Assembly (NCBI GenBank): GCA_050575255.1
Contig: JBNZDD010013634.1
Coordinates: 1,469,269 to 1,533,268, forward strand
From: Harriotta raleighana
Lineage: Eukaryota
DNA: 64,000 nucleotides
Direction: 5' to 3'
Shown here: piece by piece, positions 47,151 to 61,200 of the stretch
Position numbering within the stretch: the stretch's first letter is position 1
Layout of the letters: every line of letters starts with the position of its first letter
Notes under the pieces: generated by a model
What the model saw: only the letters and a program-made list of their open reading frames with translations
Database searches by the model: none
Told to the model about the DNA's origin: nothing
Made by a program: the position numbers and the translations under genes

Positions 47151-48267
47151 CAGCGCAGTGTACCACAAACAACCAGAATAATAATCCTTCCATTTCATTA
47201 TAATGCCTTATGTTGTCCATTTCAAGATCTTCCTTTTTAAACAACATATTTGGTCGGCTTCCCACTACCACCATCCCCTTTGCCCTCCACTGACTCCAGA
47301 CCCAGCTCAGGAAACAACAATATACTTAATGTACCCAGAAAGTTGGGTGGCATCATCAGCTAATAGATAAATTTAATTTCATTACTTTAGTGGTGGAATG
47401 GAGCTCCATTGAAAGTTGTCTTCCACATATTGCACAAGTTAATCTAAAATCTGGGGTTCAAAACCATATTTTAGACTAGTCCATAGCAACAGCATTGAAA
47501 AGGCTTATAGTCGGAGGATTCTCTTACAAATATGTGAGATAACATAAGGGATGGAACACCTAACACAAGGCCTCTTCCAAGAGCTTCACTGCAGTCGTAA
47601 CTATGACCTAAACAGTGCGGTTGACCAATTGACTGTAGTATATTTGAGAAGTGACAGCTGAAGTATTCAGCACTTAGCAAATAGATTATGTATTGCTTAA
47701 TATTTAACCATTTACTTATGTAGAGCAAAATGGTAAACAAACACAAGCTTCATCTGTTACACAAGTTGGATGCTGGTTACAGTTTCTGTATGAATATTTG
47801 TGGTTAGAATGTCTTTGTTTAGGTGTTCCACAACCCAACTTTAGGAAGATGGAATTTAATTTGGTGCCTCTCCAGCCCTATGGTGGCAGCTTGACTGACA
47901 GCAACAACTTGCACTTATACAGCATTCCTCACTCAGCATCTCAGATCACATATCTTTGCACATTCGTAGCTAATAGTTACATTTAGTTTCATTACTTCAA
48001 TGGTCTTTAGAAGAACTTGCATCCTTCTTCACTTCAACATGAAGATAGGAGTAATTTGTGACTGGAGGGATGATTGCACATTTCTTTATGGGCAAATACA
48101 TTAAGCCATTTGTATGTGTTACAAATACACTGAAGCATGAAACGTATACATTGAACTAATCACCTGAAACAGCAAGCTCAGCATGTTGTTGGACATTGCA
48201 GCACATATGAAACAGAATTTTAGTATTATTAGGATCATAGCAGCTTTCAGAGTTGAATCTTGTATTT

Positions 48268-48420
48268 TAATAATCCTTGTTTTTGCCTCATCACTGTTGA
48301 GTTGTCTCAAAGCGCTTCACAGAGTATATTGTAAAGTGGATTTACAGTATTTTGTGGGCAAACTGCACTAGTCAATTGTACATAGAAACCCACAAAAAGT
48401 TGTGGATTGAGTGATCAAAT
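48268..48420 (-). mobile_element. SINE 3' half
   Basis: TGTCTCAAAGCGCTTCACAGAGTATATTGTAAAGTGGAT. Confidence 0.75.
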
Positions 48421-50709
48421 GTATTTATTCTTTTGAAGTATGATTATATCTAGAAAGCAACCCACCAATCTTAGCCTAAATCAGATAAAAACCCAAAGCA
48501 GGTCCTGCCAAAAATTGACAGCTTGTTTTCCACTTTCTAGAACACAACATGTAGATTAGTGTTTCTTCAAATAGATGCCGAAAAGTTTAACTTCTTAGTC
48601 TGCAAGTGTTACCTAACATAAATTCACTTCCAACACAAATTTATTTGGAGCCAGAGAGAAGCCAAAAACTCTCCTCTAGCCCATTTGCAAGCTTGCAATC
48701 ATTGAGAAGCAGATCATTTTGTTACTTTCTACCCACTTTAGTATAAAGGACTTTGGTGATGTCGCAATACATCTGAAAAACAGGCAATCAAAAGATTTAC
48801 TAAAATGTGGATTTCCTAAAATCTGGTTCAAAGAGCAATAGTTCTCATTATACTGGGGCTGAAAGTAAAACTCTTTCTGCTAATCTTCATGATCAGTGAG
48901 AGTAGGTGGGAGAATAGACATTGAACCACTTAAGGGCACAGGCAGAAATGATCAAATAATTGAGCATTTGTTTATCCTCTCTACATTTCCACGCACCAAA
49001 GTGGCAACAGTTATTTGGTTTAGATTCCAGGGCCATCCCAGGAAGATATACAAGAAATTATTTAGGAAGGTGAATCTCACGAGGCTTAGTGAAGGCATGA
49101 AGATTGCTTTCAGTCTCAGTTTTAAAAAAGTGGGCATTTTGAATCAATTATTTCCTGCGGCTTCTGTCTAACTAACCCTCAAAATTCATCTTAATCTTCA
49201 TCTAATAGTGGTCTTGTGCATATTGCATGAACATTCCAGGATAATGTCTAATGCTTTTCTCTCTAAAAGATAGTTAAACTGGAATAGTCACCAAATGTGC
49301 CCAGATAAGCTTCAGGCGATCGAAGATGTGAATAGAAGTCAGAATTTTTTTTTACTGGATTGGTATTTTAACATACTGTCCACTTTTCCACTTGGCATTG
49401 TGCCTTACTGCTTGGAGGTCAACAATTGTTTAACATTCGTAGAAGCCCTGAGATGAACCACTTTTCTTTCAGAGCCAAGTGCTATTAGAAACTAAAAAGG
49501 AGAGTTGTATGAAGCTTAAAATTGACCTTGTAAGGAACAGTTAAATACAGTGGTTGCCAACTTTAAAGCAACAGGTTTGCAGCAATGATCTGGTTCTGGC
49601 AAATTTATCATTTACATAGAACACAGTTGATAAATACTGTTCACTTGGAGATTGACTGCAGTAGAGCAGCTGTTATTTGTGGGCTCATAGGATTTCTAAG
49701 CTAAATGCCTTGCTACCATTCTTGCAAATAACCTTAGGAAAAGCAGTCACCGGGGCAAGGTGAGAACAGTCAGTCTAAAATACACAATACACCTTTAAAT
49801 ATAGAAGATCTTAGTTGTGGGGTTAATAGTGCAATAGCATTCAAGGTAGTAAAGAGATTACAAAAATTTCAGCTCTAAAAAGGAAGCCATTTGGAGCTAT
49901 GCAATCCTATTTCCCTGCATGTTTGCCAAATGAATAGATACATTAGATCAGGCAGTCAATTCTATAGAAAAAAGGAAAACAGAACTAGGATCCACACTAC
50001 TGCTGAAACACCAATTGAGAAGTTGTGAAGTGGAACAGGAAACACAGCTTGGTTTTGAATTCAAGTCTATATCTATGGTTGTCTGAAAGAAGTTCTGCAG
50101 TGAGGGCGGCTTTACTAAGCAAAATCTGAAGTGAGTAGTGCCACACCTATTGATGTTTGATTGTGCACTTGAATTCTGTGAAGGAGTTAGTCATAACACA
50201 ATAAGGCAAAGTTTTCCTAGAACAGTTCCAGGCCCTCTGGACATCAGCCTTTATAGGATTCCCAAGAGAGAGCTATTCAAGCCAATTTAAATACATGTTA
50301 TAGCCAGTGGAGGATTTACAGCAACAAGGGCCTTGTAACCAGAGGTCAAGCCAAAAGGAAATTATTTGCATTGGTAACTTAACTACTATGTTGCATCTCA
50401 CACACACTAGTCTTACAAAACATAAATGGCTGCTAGCCACTTTCCTGGACAAGTTCAAAAATTGGCAAAATTCACAATTTATTTGGATTGAAAGTTTTGT
50501 AGGACTTTAGCTCATTTATTGTTGTGAATGAAACTTATTGGGCTGCAGAATTTCTCATGGTTATAATACAAGATATGCATGATATCTTCCACTAGAGGCG
50601 AGGCTTTTGTAAACCACACCAGCTTTGATTATTTGTGTACAAGGGATGCCATTTACCTACATTTTCATGGTTCTGAACACATAAACTTGCAACAAAAGAT
50701 ACGATTTAC

Positions 50710-50923
50710 CTCAAATAGTCCCTGCGGCAGAGAATTAGGTTTGCTTTTGTGTAGAGAGTTGATCCAACTTCTCCAAGGCGGCAGTCACAACAAGCACATT
50801 TTAGACAGTCTTCATGCCAGTATTTATCCAGTGCCTTTAGCAGGTAGCGGTCCTTGATCTTGCGATTGCAGCCAGCACAGCCTTTTTGCTTTCCTTTTGG
50901 CTGCACAGAAAGCATTGGTACAC
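50710..50923 (-). CDS. LMO1: LMO1 coding exon 2 (LIM1 domain)
   Basis: ttgcag|GT GTA CCA ATG.. = (G)[70 protein letters not shown](R) AG|gtaaat; 214 nt; PKGKQKG is diagnostic for LMO1 (LMO3 has PDTKPKG). Confidence 0.98.
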
Positions 50924-51444
50924 CTGCAATTCAAAGGAAATCTTCAATCAGGGATTGGGCTTCCAAATATTCTCCTTCAACTGTGGAATTTGTGAAGTCT
51001 ACAAATTCACTTTTCAAATGATGAACCATATCGAATGACCATTAGAAGTTGGACAGGAAACTGAAATCACAATTGCTTCAATCCACTTCCCAGTATACAA
51101 GCAGCTACAAGAAGCCAGTCACAGTAAGGTATTACTTGTTCTTTCTTCCTCCATCCACTACAACTTCCACACGACAAACTGGCAGTTTCCATTTTTCAAG
51201 GATTAATCTATCTATTCTACCAAGCTTTTCCATTTAAGAGCAAATGGGATGTACGAATACTAGTTCTAAGTAGAAGTTATACAAGTTTAAGCACAATTAA
51301 GTTAAATTTGTGCATCTCATTTAAGACTGGCAAGTGCTTGAATAGATTTCTTGATACAGTAATGCACCATTTGCAGAAATGGCATGTGTACAGTTCTTGC
51401 AGCATAGCTACCCAGCTCTGTAGTAAATACTTTTACAACCATCA

Positions 51445-52080
51445 ATCAATCAAAATTACATTTATATAGCGCCTTTCATGTCGGGAGGACGTCCCAAGGC
51501 GCTGTATAGTCAAGCAGGGATCAGAGCGGGGTGGGGGGAGGGGTCAGGGGAAGGAAAGAAGGAAAAAAATTGATTGTATATTTGTGGGCGAAACGCAGCA
51601 GCCAAAACTGCACACGTGTGTCCCACAAGCAGTCATGGAAGTGGGGTTAGGAGAGAAAGGGAGAAAAGATGGCAAGCACAGGGGTCCGGGGAGGGGGGGG
51701 GGAGGAGAACAGGAAAAAACAACTGTACATTTGTGGGCGAAACGTGGCAGCCAAATTGCGCACAGCAGTGTCCCACAAACAGTCGCGGAAGTGGAGCCAG
51801 GGGAGAAAGGAGGAAAAAAGGATAAGGGGGGAGATGGAGGGAAAGGCGGGGTGGGGTAAAATCGGGGAGGAAAAGGGGGGGCAGAAAGGGGGGCAAGGGG
51901 GAAATCAGGGAGGAAAGGGGCGAGAAAGGGGGGCAAAATCAGGTAAATAGGGGAAAGGGGGATAAGAGGGAAGAGGGGGTAAGAGGGAGGGAAGAAGAAA
52001 AGGAGGGGGAAAGGTCAGGGGACACCAAACAACAGCAACAAACAACAATAAACAAAACAAAAAGGAACAGCAACAACATC
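51445..52080 (-). repeat. Composite of L2-type tail, two SINE-core fragments and a G/A-rich low-complexity tract
   Basis: TTTATATAGCGCCTTTCATGTCGGGAGGACGTCCC; TTTGTGGGCGAAACG..GTGTCCCACAA twice (about 51580 and 51730); almost pure purine at 51800-52022. Confidence 0.75.
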
Positions 52081-53084
52081 TGAAATGCTCAAAGCTAGTT
52101 GTTAATCTTGTGTACAAGTGCTCGCTCATTTCAAACTAAGATATAAATTGATTAACAAAAGTTGCACCACCATTTAACAGGATTCTAATTTATAGTGGGT
52201 TTGAAGTGAGTCTTTTGGAGCAGTATACTCCCGAGACCATACACAGAATTGACTCAAAAGTTGGCTCAATAGATGGGAAGAAATTGTTGCAGCGGTTATT
52301 AGGTTAGAGCTCAAGAGTTAGCTATCCCAAGAGGACAGTATTGTGGTCATTTTACCACTTAATGTAGAAACCAACTTTCCTATGTGTCCAATTAAGCTTT
52401 ATGAAAGCATAATCCAATTCACCATCTCCCTAACCACTATCTAATGAGATTGCACATCATTTAGGACCAGTATGTGAGTTTAATGGAACAGAAACTGCAG
52501 CTTGGACAGATCTGCCACAAGCACTCTTTCGTACATTACACATTTTGAAAGCCACTTCCAGTTTGAATATTTAAGTCATGGAGACACTCTGGTTGTGTCC
52601 TGAAGAGATATTCAACATATCACTATCACTCACTACTCATTGAGGATTTCTAATGCTGCTTTAACATAGGCAGTTTGAAGAATACAGTTAAGATTCTCAC
52701 CAACCTCTTGGCAAGATGAAACCATTCAATAAGTACCCTAGAATATAAAATGAGGGCAGGAGAACCGAAAATGTTATGGATCAATTAAAGCCAAATGAAT
52801 GGTATGGATCTATAGAGGAACAGTAACAAATGCAAGACACAACACATTCTTGCCAATTCAAGGTCTACTGTCCACACATGAATCCAAATCTATATTAGTT
52901 GCATGAACAAAAAGTAATTTAGCTCCTGTTGACATTTGGGGTTTCACAGGAAAACAAACCTCAAACACTTGTACATATTCCAACTACAACAAAAAGTGAA
53001 AGCACAAGAGAAACTTAAATTGATCAGACTTCTACATTTCGATTTGAGATGGATTGAGAAAAGAAATACTGTAACTCAAGTACA

Positions 53085-53305
53085 TTAGGTCAAAACAAAG
53101 GTCACAGGTTCAAGTTTGCAAAGGGCAATTTCACTCACAAAATATTTATTTATCCAGAGTAATTCATGTTTGGAACAGGTTACCAGGTTGGAGGCAATTT
53201 ATGTATTAAATATTTATGTTTTGTATATTTAAGAAACTTGATGCAGTTATGGAATAGAAGTGTGGCTGTTCTGGAAGGAAATTAAATAATCTGAAGGCTC
53301 TCTCA
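53085..53305 (+). mobile_element. Highly decayed CR1 3' fragment
   Basis: AAAACAAAGGTCACAGGTTCAAGTT (TRGH-like) ..CCAGAGTAATTCATGTTTGGAACAGGTTACC (RV..WN.LP-like). Confidence 0.45.
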
Positions 53306-56300
53306 TATCAGGACCCCAGCTAACAGGAAAAAAAACAGCAAATAATAATAATTTGTGATCTGCCAAGATATAGTTCATCAGCACATAAAATGATTTGGGA
53401 ATAATGGCTTAGTCACTGCAAAGTTGGATCATTTATTTTTGGTGAAAAAAGTTATAGACTATAAGAATCTTTAAGCTTGGAAGGGCAACAAATCCAACCA
53501 TAGGAACTCTGTTCTCGTTAGCTGGGAAATAAATGTTTTACTGATTGCATGAATATTTTACGCCTTATAAAGAGTTTTAACTGTACAGTTAAAATGTTAA
53601 GATTCCTTTTAGCGGGTTGAGATTCATTGAAGTTAAATTAGGGAAAAGTTAAACAGGTCCAAAGTTTCTATATCAATGGACTGTAGGTCACTTTATATCA
53701 TATGTGAATTCTGCTGATTGAAAATTAATGTTCCAGTTTATTGCCATTATCTGATAGCTCCAGCTATATAGATATTTATCTACTGAGATACTTTTCAGGT
53801 TACATTTTTGGATAGGAAGTGTTGAACAGTTCCTATTGGAATTTTAGTTCAAATTTTGTAAATTGCATAATTTGAATTACAACTTTCAGCCCATCCAAGA
53901 TGCCTTTTCCACATCGAACATTTCTCTCAAACTCCACAAATTGACAGCGAACCTGCTTCTAGCTCCATTAAGCAAAGATTGCTGGATGGTTGAGTTTCAA
54001 TTAATGAAACAAGTCAATCATTGAAAGGAATACTGTAGTTTAACCAAGATTGAACATTTTTCCATTTTGCACATCATGGGACTCTCGCTTTACGTTAGCT
54101 ATGAATCTCAAGACTCTTGCCTACCTGGCAATTCTGAACATTTAGTCCAATTCTAGATCCATCATTAACTTTGCCAAACTCAAGTGTACAAGCTAACCCA
54201 GTAGTATTTTTTAAAGATAGATCTTTCAACTGCTCAATGATTATAAAAGCTGCTCGTCTATAGTGTAGACATCAAGATAACAGGATGGTCTACATTCCAC
54301 ACTTCCCTTTGGCTTCCTTACTACTATCAATAGTCACTTGACAACTTTTAATTGGCTAAAATACTTCCACAGCAAAAGGTCAGTTAGTGCCAGGCAATTT
54401 TTATCCTGTGTAATTAACCTTTTGCTCTGCCTAGAGTTTGCAGGAATATGTTCCACTTTATGCAATGCTTGTTGTTGGGGCTTCGGCTGGGGAGAGGGGT
54501 GGAGAAGAAAGTTTTTTTTAAAACAAATGTCAATCTAGTACGAATCGCACACTAAGAAAAGCAAAATTTATGATCCTCCTTCAGAGGGAAGCTGTTGCAA
54601 ACTAATAAAAGAAAACACTTTTACTATAGTTATAATAGTTACATTCCAGTTATCTTAGCTGCTGAATTCACAACTATGGCAGGTTTACATTGCACCCAAC
54701 ATTTATTTTAAGAACCACTTGGCAGTAAAAGTCCTTGAGTCCCAAAGAAGCACCTCACAGGCAATTAATAAAGACAGCACATGTTCCACTACAGCAGCCC
54801 TGTCCTTGGTTTATATGTCTCATTAGGAGCAGTTTCTCTGCAGGTACAGCAAACAGTTGTTTTTTTGTGTTAGTGTTGAAGAACTTGGGTTAATGTCAAT
54901 GAAGTTAAGGTGGAGAACGAATGAGTGTTCCACAGATCCAGTACATATTCTGTGAGAATTACACCCCTCTGAAAAGGTCTTAAATGAACCCAATCTAATC
55001 AAATAGTGATGGTCTCTGAACATTTTTAAGGCATCCTTCCATACAAATCTGTCCCTATGAAGCTTTCTAAGAAGTTAGCGTATGAGAAGGGTGGTATATA
55101 AATGCAAGTTGTTTTGGAATTTCTAGTCAGATCAGAAGCAAGCTTGGCTTGTGAAACCCACATTATTGAAGTTTCTATCCACCCATTATAAAAGCCATGT
55201 CTCAATTAAATCGTGTATTATGTTGTCCTTCCTAATTAAGTGGAAAACTTGCTATTTTTGCTTTGTGAAGCAGAAGACAGATATAACAGATGGATAATGT
55301 GCATGACAAAAATCCTACGAGTAAAATTTTTTTTAATGACTATTGAGAAGAACCTGTCAATGTGATCAAAGTTTAGGATCTGCAGGTTACCACAACAGAG
55401 CTAACCTCAATTCGCGCCCTCCAGAACTGTATGTTAAAACCAGTTGAAGCTAATAATGCCTTCCATACAGTTGTACGTCATACCTTGCTCCAGCATTTAT
55501 AAAAAGCCATTTCAGCTGTTGCCAACTGAGCAAGAGAACAATTAGACAAGCATACATCCACATTTGACCAACTTGTTTGGTTTATTTTTACTCCATACGT
55601 TAGGGGGTATTGTTACAAGAAACACGAGTCAAATGTTGCTCAATATTCTGTTCTCTTAACACTGCTAGAAATACAATGAAGGCCTAAAGAATTGCACAGG
55701 CTTCCCACTGTACCCAAATAGTTGAACAGTATAGCTGACCATGACCTTCAAAAGCCATTAAAAGTGGAACATTGCTCCATCCATTTATTTGAATGATTCA
55801 TCATGTTGGATTGCTGTATCCCTGCAAGAACTCAGGCTTTTACCTTAGTAAAAAAAAGTCTGCTGAGTAGATGTCATGTAGAGAACGCCATGTGCCATTA
55901 ACACTCAGCAATATAGCCAGCAGATTTCTAAATATCATTGCTAGAAGACTGCTGACAAAACACTATGCGCAAAGTAGTATTCTGCCAGCTCTGAATACTG
56001 ACTACACTCACAACATTTCTGGTACTCCCAAAATGAAAGGCGCTGTATAAATGCAATTTGTTGTTCGTTGTTGGTCAGCTGGTGCTTCCCTTCCTACATC
56101 GAAAACAATAAATCAGCTGGCAATCTTATTTCACTCTCTCCAGCACACAAATGCTCCAAAAAATGTACACTGATGATCCACTAGTAATCTGGAATGTAAT
56201 TTTTTTTAAAAAAAATTATCCAGATCCAAAAGACCCATTTCCCTGCAAAATTATTGGAGTCTGGGGGTCACACTCTGTTTGTATAGTACTGCTGACATGA

Positions 56301-57065
56301 AGTAAACTGCACAGAGAACTAACCAATTGTGGAGTACAAAAAAAATAGCATTTTTTAAACAAGGGTTTTTAAAAGCAAAGCTGAGCAAATAGGTCTTTAA
56401 ACTTATGACTTGGCATAAGCAGCATTACTGCAAGCACTTGAAGCTAGTACTTTTAGAGCAGTCCCCCGATTGTAGAGAGAATTCTGGAAACGTACAAATT
56501 TTCAAAGCCAAAGGAGTTTCTCCGAATGTCCTGGCCAACAATCCCCAAATCCTGTGCGCAAATTGCCTGATGCGTTTATCGCAAGATACAATCAGTGCAC
56601 TCTACAGCAAAAAAATGCTTTGACATGCTCAAGAAATCTGATACCATAAGGGACTGTATTAAAAGCATGTATGAGAAGTAATTTGGTATCATACACCTTT
56701 GCTATCTAGCTAGATGCAATAGGATAAGTGTGGCTGTTGTTGTAAGTGTTGGCTCTAAAAAGATTCTACACAGGAATTTTAGGGAGACTAGCTCCAGATG
56801 ATTAATGCAATCCACAATACAACAATGCTGATTTTGCATTGCAATGATGGGCACTCTTCAAAGGCAATAAGGCAGCTACTTGGTTGGGTCAAAGCTTTTA
56901 TGTCCAATTACTAGATGCTTCCAAGATTACCAACCCAAGTGAGCGTTAGTTAGAAACAAATTTCCATTGGGATGAAAACCAGCACAAAATAAAAATCAGT
57001 GCATTTACTGACAAACAGATAATATTCCCAGAAATTGATCCGTCAATCAACTAACAACCACGTTC

Positions 57066-57190
57066 CAGGCTATTGCTAGGTAAACGCAAGTGTGTCAAGA
57101 AAACTTTCCTAAGATTTCAACTCACCCAGGATTCGATCCCAGGTGCTCTCACTTGCAAGGTGAGTACTCTAACCAATACGCTTCAGGACT
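57066..57190 (-). mobile_element. SINE head fragment
   Basis: GGATTCGATCCCAGGTGCTCTCACTTGCAAGGTGAGTACTCTAACCAATACGCTTCAGGACT. Confidence 0.7.
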
Positions 57191-57699
57191 ATGTCCTTTA
57201 AGTGTTTGAAAAATCTGTGCCACAAGTGACTTAAACAGCATTACATAACTATGCAAAGAAATTTAAACTAATTGTCCCAAAAATCAGATTCAAGAAGTCA
57301 GTTATCAAGTACAAAGCCCTTTTGGGGACTCTGCAAATCTTAGAGGCCTTGTTTAACATTTGGGCTACTATATCTCCTGCTGAAAAATAGGTTCACCAAA
57401 CCATTAAAATTTCACAGGGGATTGTGTACTTTACAGGAGTATCTGTTCTATAAAAAGTTCCCAATGGGATGTTCCATGTATGATGACCTGTCTAGCACAA
57501 TTAGTATTTCCAGGAAAGTATCTATGGGTGGAGAAGGAGTATATTTAGCACACAATGTACTTGAAATTGTAAGTTTTGAAATGATGGGTGAAGTGGGAGT
57601 CCTACTTTAAGTCCGATTAACAATTTAGTCAAAGGTGGCAGTTTACACTCAGTAATGTCCTATAAATAATCATGAGGTGAGGGACCAATTTTATCTAGG

Positions 57700-57895
57700 G
57701 GAATGTTTATCAGGACACTGGTGGAAACTCCCTTTTAAATTTTATGCTATAGGATCCTTAACTTCCACTTCAACAAGCATTTAGGAACTCAGTTCAATTA
57801 TTTCATTGAACAATGCAGCAATCTCCAGTACTATATTAGAGTGTGAACCTTGAACAACTTCAAACGCAGAGCTCATCAACTACCAACTGAGCCAC
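57700..57895 (-). mobile_element. Degenerate Deu-domain SINE
   Basis: AGGACACTGGTGGAAACTCC..GGATCCTTAACTTCCAC..CTCAGTTCAA..CAGTACTATATTAGAGTGT..CTACCAACTGAGCC. Confidence 0.5.
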
Positions 57896-57985
57896 ATACA
57901 GTCCCTACATCGGGTACATACAACTCACAATCTCAGGGCAGGAAACTTCAAGAGATAAAGATCTCGCAATTGGAAGTCAGATTAG

Positions 57986-58203
57986 AAGTCCTTCGGCACA
58001 GTGGTTAGCTTGCTCGCCTCGTAAGCAAGGGGAGATGGGTTCGGTTACTGAGCAGGGCGAAACCAAATGGGCACCTTACTCCATGCCTGTTTGTGCATAA
58101 TTTGCTGCTGCATTTTCCCCCCCAAACTGCATCCCATGAAGACCTTTAAGGCATCTCAACAACCAGATAAGGCTCTATATCAAATGCAAGGATTATTTAT
58201 ATT
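57986..58203 (+). mobile_element. tRNA-derived SINE, internally deleted
   Basis: GAAGTCCTTCGGCACAGTGGTTAGCTTGCTCGCC..GGGTTCG..CAGGGCGAAACC..CTATATCAAATGCAAGGATTATT. Confidence 0.8.
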
Positions 58204-61200
58204 AGATTATAATGACAAAGTGTAGTATGCATAAAATCAGTCAATTAGAGTCATTTTGCACAGCATGTGATTTTGTAAACTTGTTCAAGCTGGAAGCTGG
58301 GAATACCTTTGTAGTTTAGACTTCATGAGGTATATCAAAATCCTAGAATATGATCTTCCCTGAAGGTGCTGATATTCTGTAAACATAGAGCAAGAGTCAA
58401 ATTAAAAATCCTGCAATTGTTCTAGCATCAATGCTCCCACCATGTGGCACAGACGTTTCTATTCCCTCAACATCCAACCCTTACAGCCTCTCCAAGTTTG
58501 CCCAATTAGGAGCGGTTCAAGCTGCACAGGCTATTGAAGTGAAAACTGCCCAAGTTTGTTTTGTTTAACACCCTTAGTCAAAGAAAGGTGTTGGCAGCAT
58601 TCAAAAGTAGCCAACAAAGTTGAGGGCAGTGTTCACACTGCATTATGCAGCATTGCCCTATACAGAGTTTGTTTCACACAAGCAAAATATTTTTTTAAAA
58701 ATACACATTTGAGGATTATTCTCACTGGTGCACCAAAGATACATGAAGAACATTACCAATCGCCTGGCAGACAGGTGGAGTACTTCAGCAAAGCACGCAG
58801 AAATATCCTGTTGATGCTTGGAATGTAGGCTTTGAATTGTAGAACTCTAGTGCAAAATGCTACCAATGTTGAAGCTACAGGCCACTTAAAAAGGTTTTTG
58901 CACTGGAAAAGATCACTCTTGAAGTTCACATTAACCTTTTTATTCCATGCGAGGGCCTTTATGTAATATTGTCAATGGTTTCGGTAACGCTTTTTTAATA
59001 TAAAAAACCAACTGTTCTTGTCATAATTTAGTCATATTCATGCTAAACATCTAATTTTCTCCCTGTTAGTTTTGACATTTCACAAGCTTATTCTCACGAG
59101 GTGATAAGACAAAACGCATACTCAAATTTCTGAAATTGGCAGTTTCCAGTAATAAGGCACAAAATGGTCACTTTATAGTAAATCCTGCTAAACACTTGGC
59201 GATGTCCTTGGCAGCCACCATTCCCAAATCCAACCCCCAGCCCAGGTGCAAACCTCGACTATCCAGCACCTTGAAATTTCCCCCAGACGTGAAAGATGCT
59301 GCACCAAATGCAAGGATTATTTATTTTAATTCTCATTTTTTTGTAAAGGCTGCTCAAATTATTCCTTTAATATAGTACGACATTGTGAAAAATAAACCTA
59401 AATGCAGATAAAGCATCAAATGTAGACAATTTAACAAGCTGTGCTGTTAGCTTCTAGCTACAATTCTATCCATCTATTTGACTAGATTAGTCCTTTGTAT
59501 TGTTAATGTGGGACTCAATATACACTTGTTCCACAGACAGGTACATGTAAAGTACGAGTCAGGGTTTTTCATCTAGCCTGGCAGATGATTTTTTAAGCAT
59601 TTAAACCGTGGTGAGTTTTATAAAAGCAACTTCATATAGAGATTCGACAATTTTCAGACACTGACAGCAGTTCTGATTCAGAGGCTCCATTATTTATAAG
59701 ATGAACACCAACAGCACTAAATGGTGGCAGAGCAGATGTTAAAAACTGCCAACTTTCTCCCACACCAGTATAGCAATTGCATAATTACAATCTTCATATA
59801 CCTAAACTCCCAGACTTCACTGATAGCCACACACAAACACAAACCATGGTGATTATATTCCAAAACATTAATTAAGGCAGTGGCTCATGTTAAGAACATT
59901 TAATTAACATTGTACATCCAGCAAGTTTTAAGTAGCTGAAGACATTTTAAGCTATGAGAACATTCTCAGAGCCCACAGTAAATGCTGCTTTCAATATTGG
60001 GCGTGGGGGGAGGTGGGGAGAGGTTTTAATTTGAAACAAAAACCTATAGGTTGAGAAAGTGACAGAAGAGGAAATTACTTGGCTTGGAGAAAGAACTCAA
60101 TATTAAGCTAAAAGAAATTTATAGAACTAATCTCCAAGTGGAAATTAGAAAATCAAGCTGCAGGAATTCACTCCATATAACAGGAACATTAAGGTCCACT
60201 TTTAATCATACATACCACTACATGAAAGATCACCATGGCAACTCAAACAAATAAAGCAGTTCTTGTATTTCTAAATACAAGGAAAAAAACACACCCTGAA
60301 GCCCAGCTTTTATTGCACTGACTGCCAGCAATCCCCAAATTATATTGCATTACACTATTTGCAAAGGTTTCAATCATGCACTATATGAACACACACTTCA
60401 CTGAACAGTCTTTTGGTCAAACAGTTTGTCAGCCTGTCGAAGAGTGAAATGTACAAATTTTAAAGTTGTTAAGACTTTCCCCTAAAGGGCAGTCTCACTC
60501 CAAATGTTAATATTAACTTTTCTGCGTAGAGATCAATTTAACATGAATGCTATTAAGTTAAAATCAATGCCATTCCACATGAAAAATCTTAAAAGGCATT
60601 CAACGTTGTTTAAAATATTGAAGATATTAAATTGAATGGGTTTAAGCTTAACCAGTTAATATTCAAGAAAATGGCTTGCAGTTAAAGGGGGCCCAAAAGC
60701 CTCAGAAATTGTGCTGGTAAATCTAGGTGTTAAATGCAGTTTCTTAAAAACTAGCTACAACACTTGTTTAACCTGTAAATACAGGTTTGCAGGACTAAGC
60801 AAAAATACTGTTTTTTTTCCAAAGGTCAGCTAAAAACATTAATAAGAATATTCCTCGCATTTATTTTGCTGAGATGTCTCAAAGCGCTTCATAGAATATA
60901 TTGTGAAGTGGATTGACCGTACACTTGTCAGCGAAACCTTTTTTTTTTTTAAATTGTCTTTTTATATAAACGCATACCGTTTAGGATGATCAAATTTGAT
61001 TTAAGTGGAAATGTCATGCAGAACCCAGAGTAAATCCAGTTCTTGCAACGTATTCTAAGATAAAGCAATTAGATTTTTGGTGCAGAAAGATTAACATAAT
61101 CTTCAAGAGGGTTAATGCTCCTTGGTGCCAATGAAACAATCTGGTGATACCCAAAAAAAAATTCCTAGCATTTCTGGCTTCCTTAGATTGGTACGAGTCA

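Noticed and set aside
50706-50915. Calling the LIM gene LMO3, or treating the ORF as a complete 69-aa protein
   Set aside because: Diagnostic residues (GVPM, PKGKQKG, GTTG, ARDN, QMDY..SQVQ) are LMO1; the ORF is one exon whose stop lies in the intron
51544-52129. Overlapping Pro/Phe- and Gly/Lys-rich ORFs
   Set aside because: Artefacts of a low-complexity purine tract and SINE fragments
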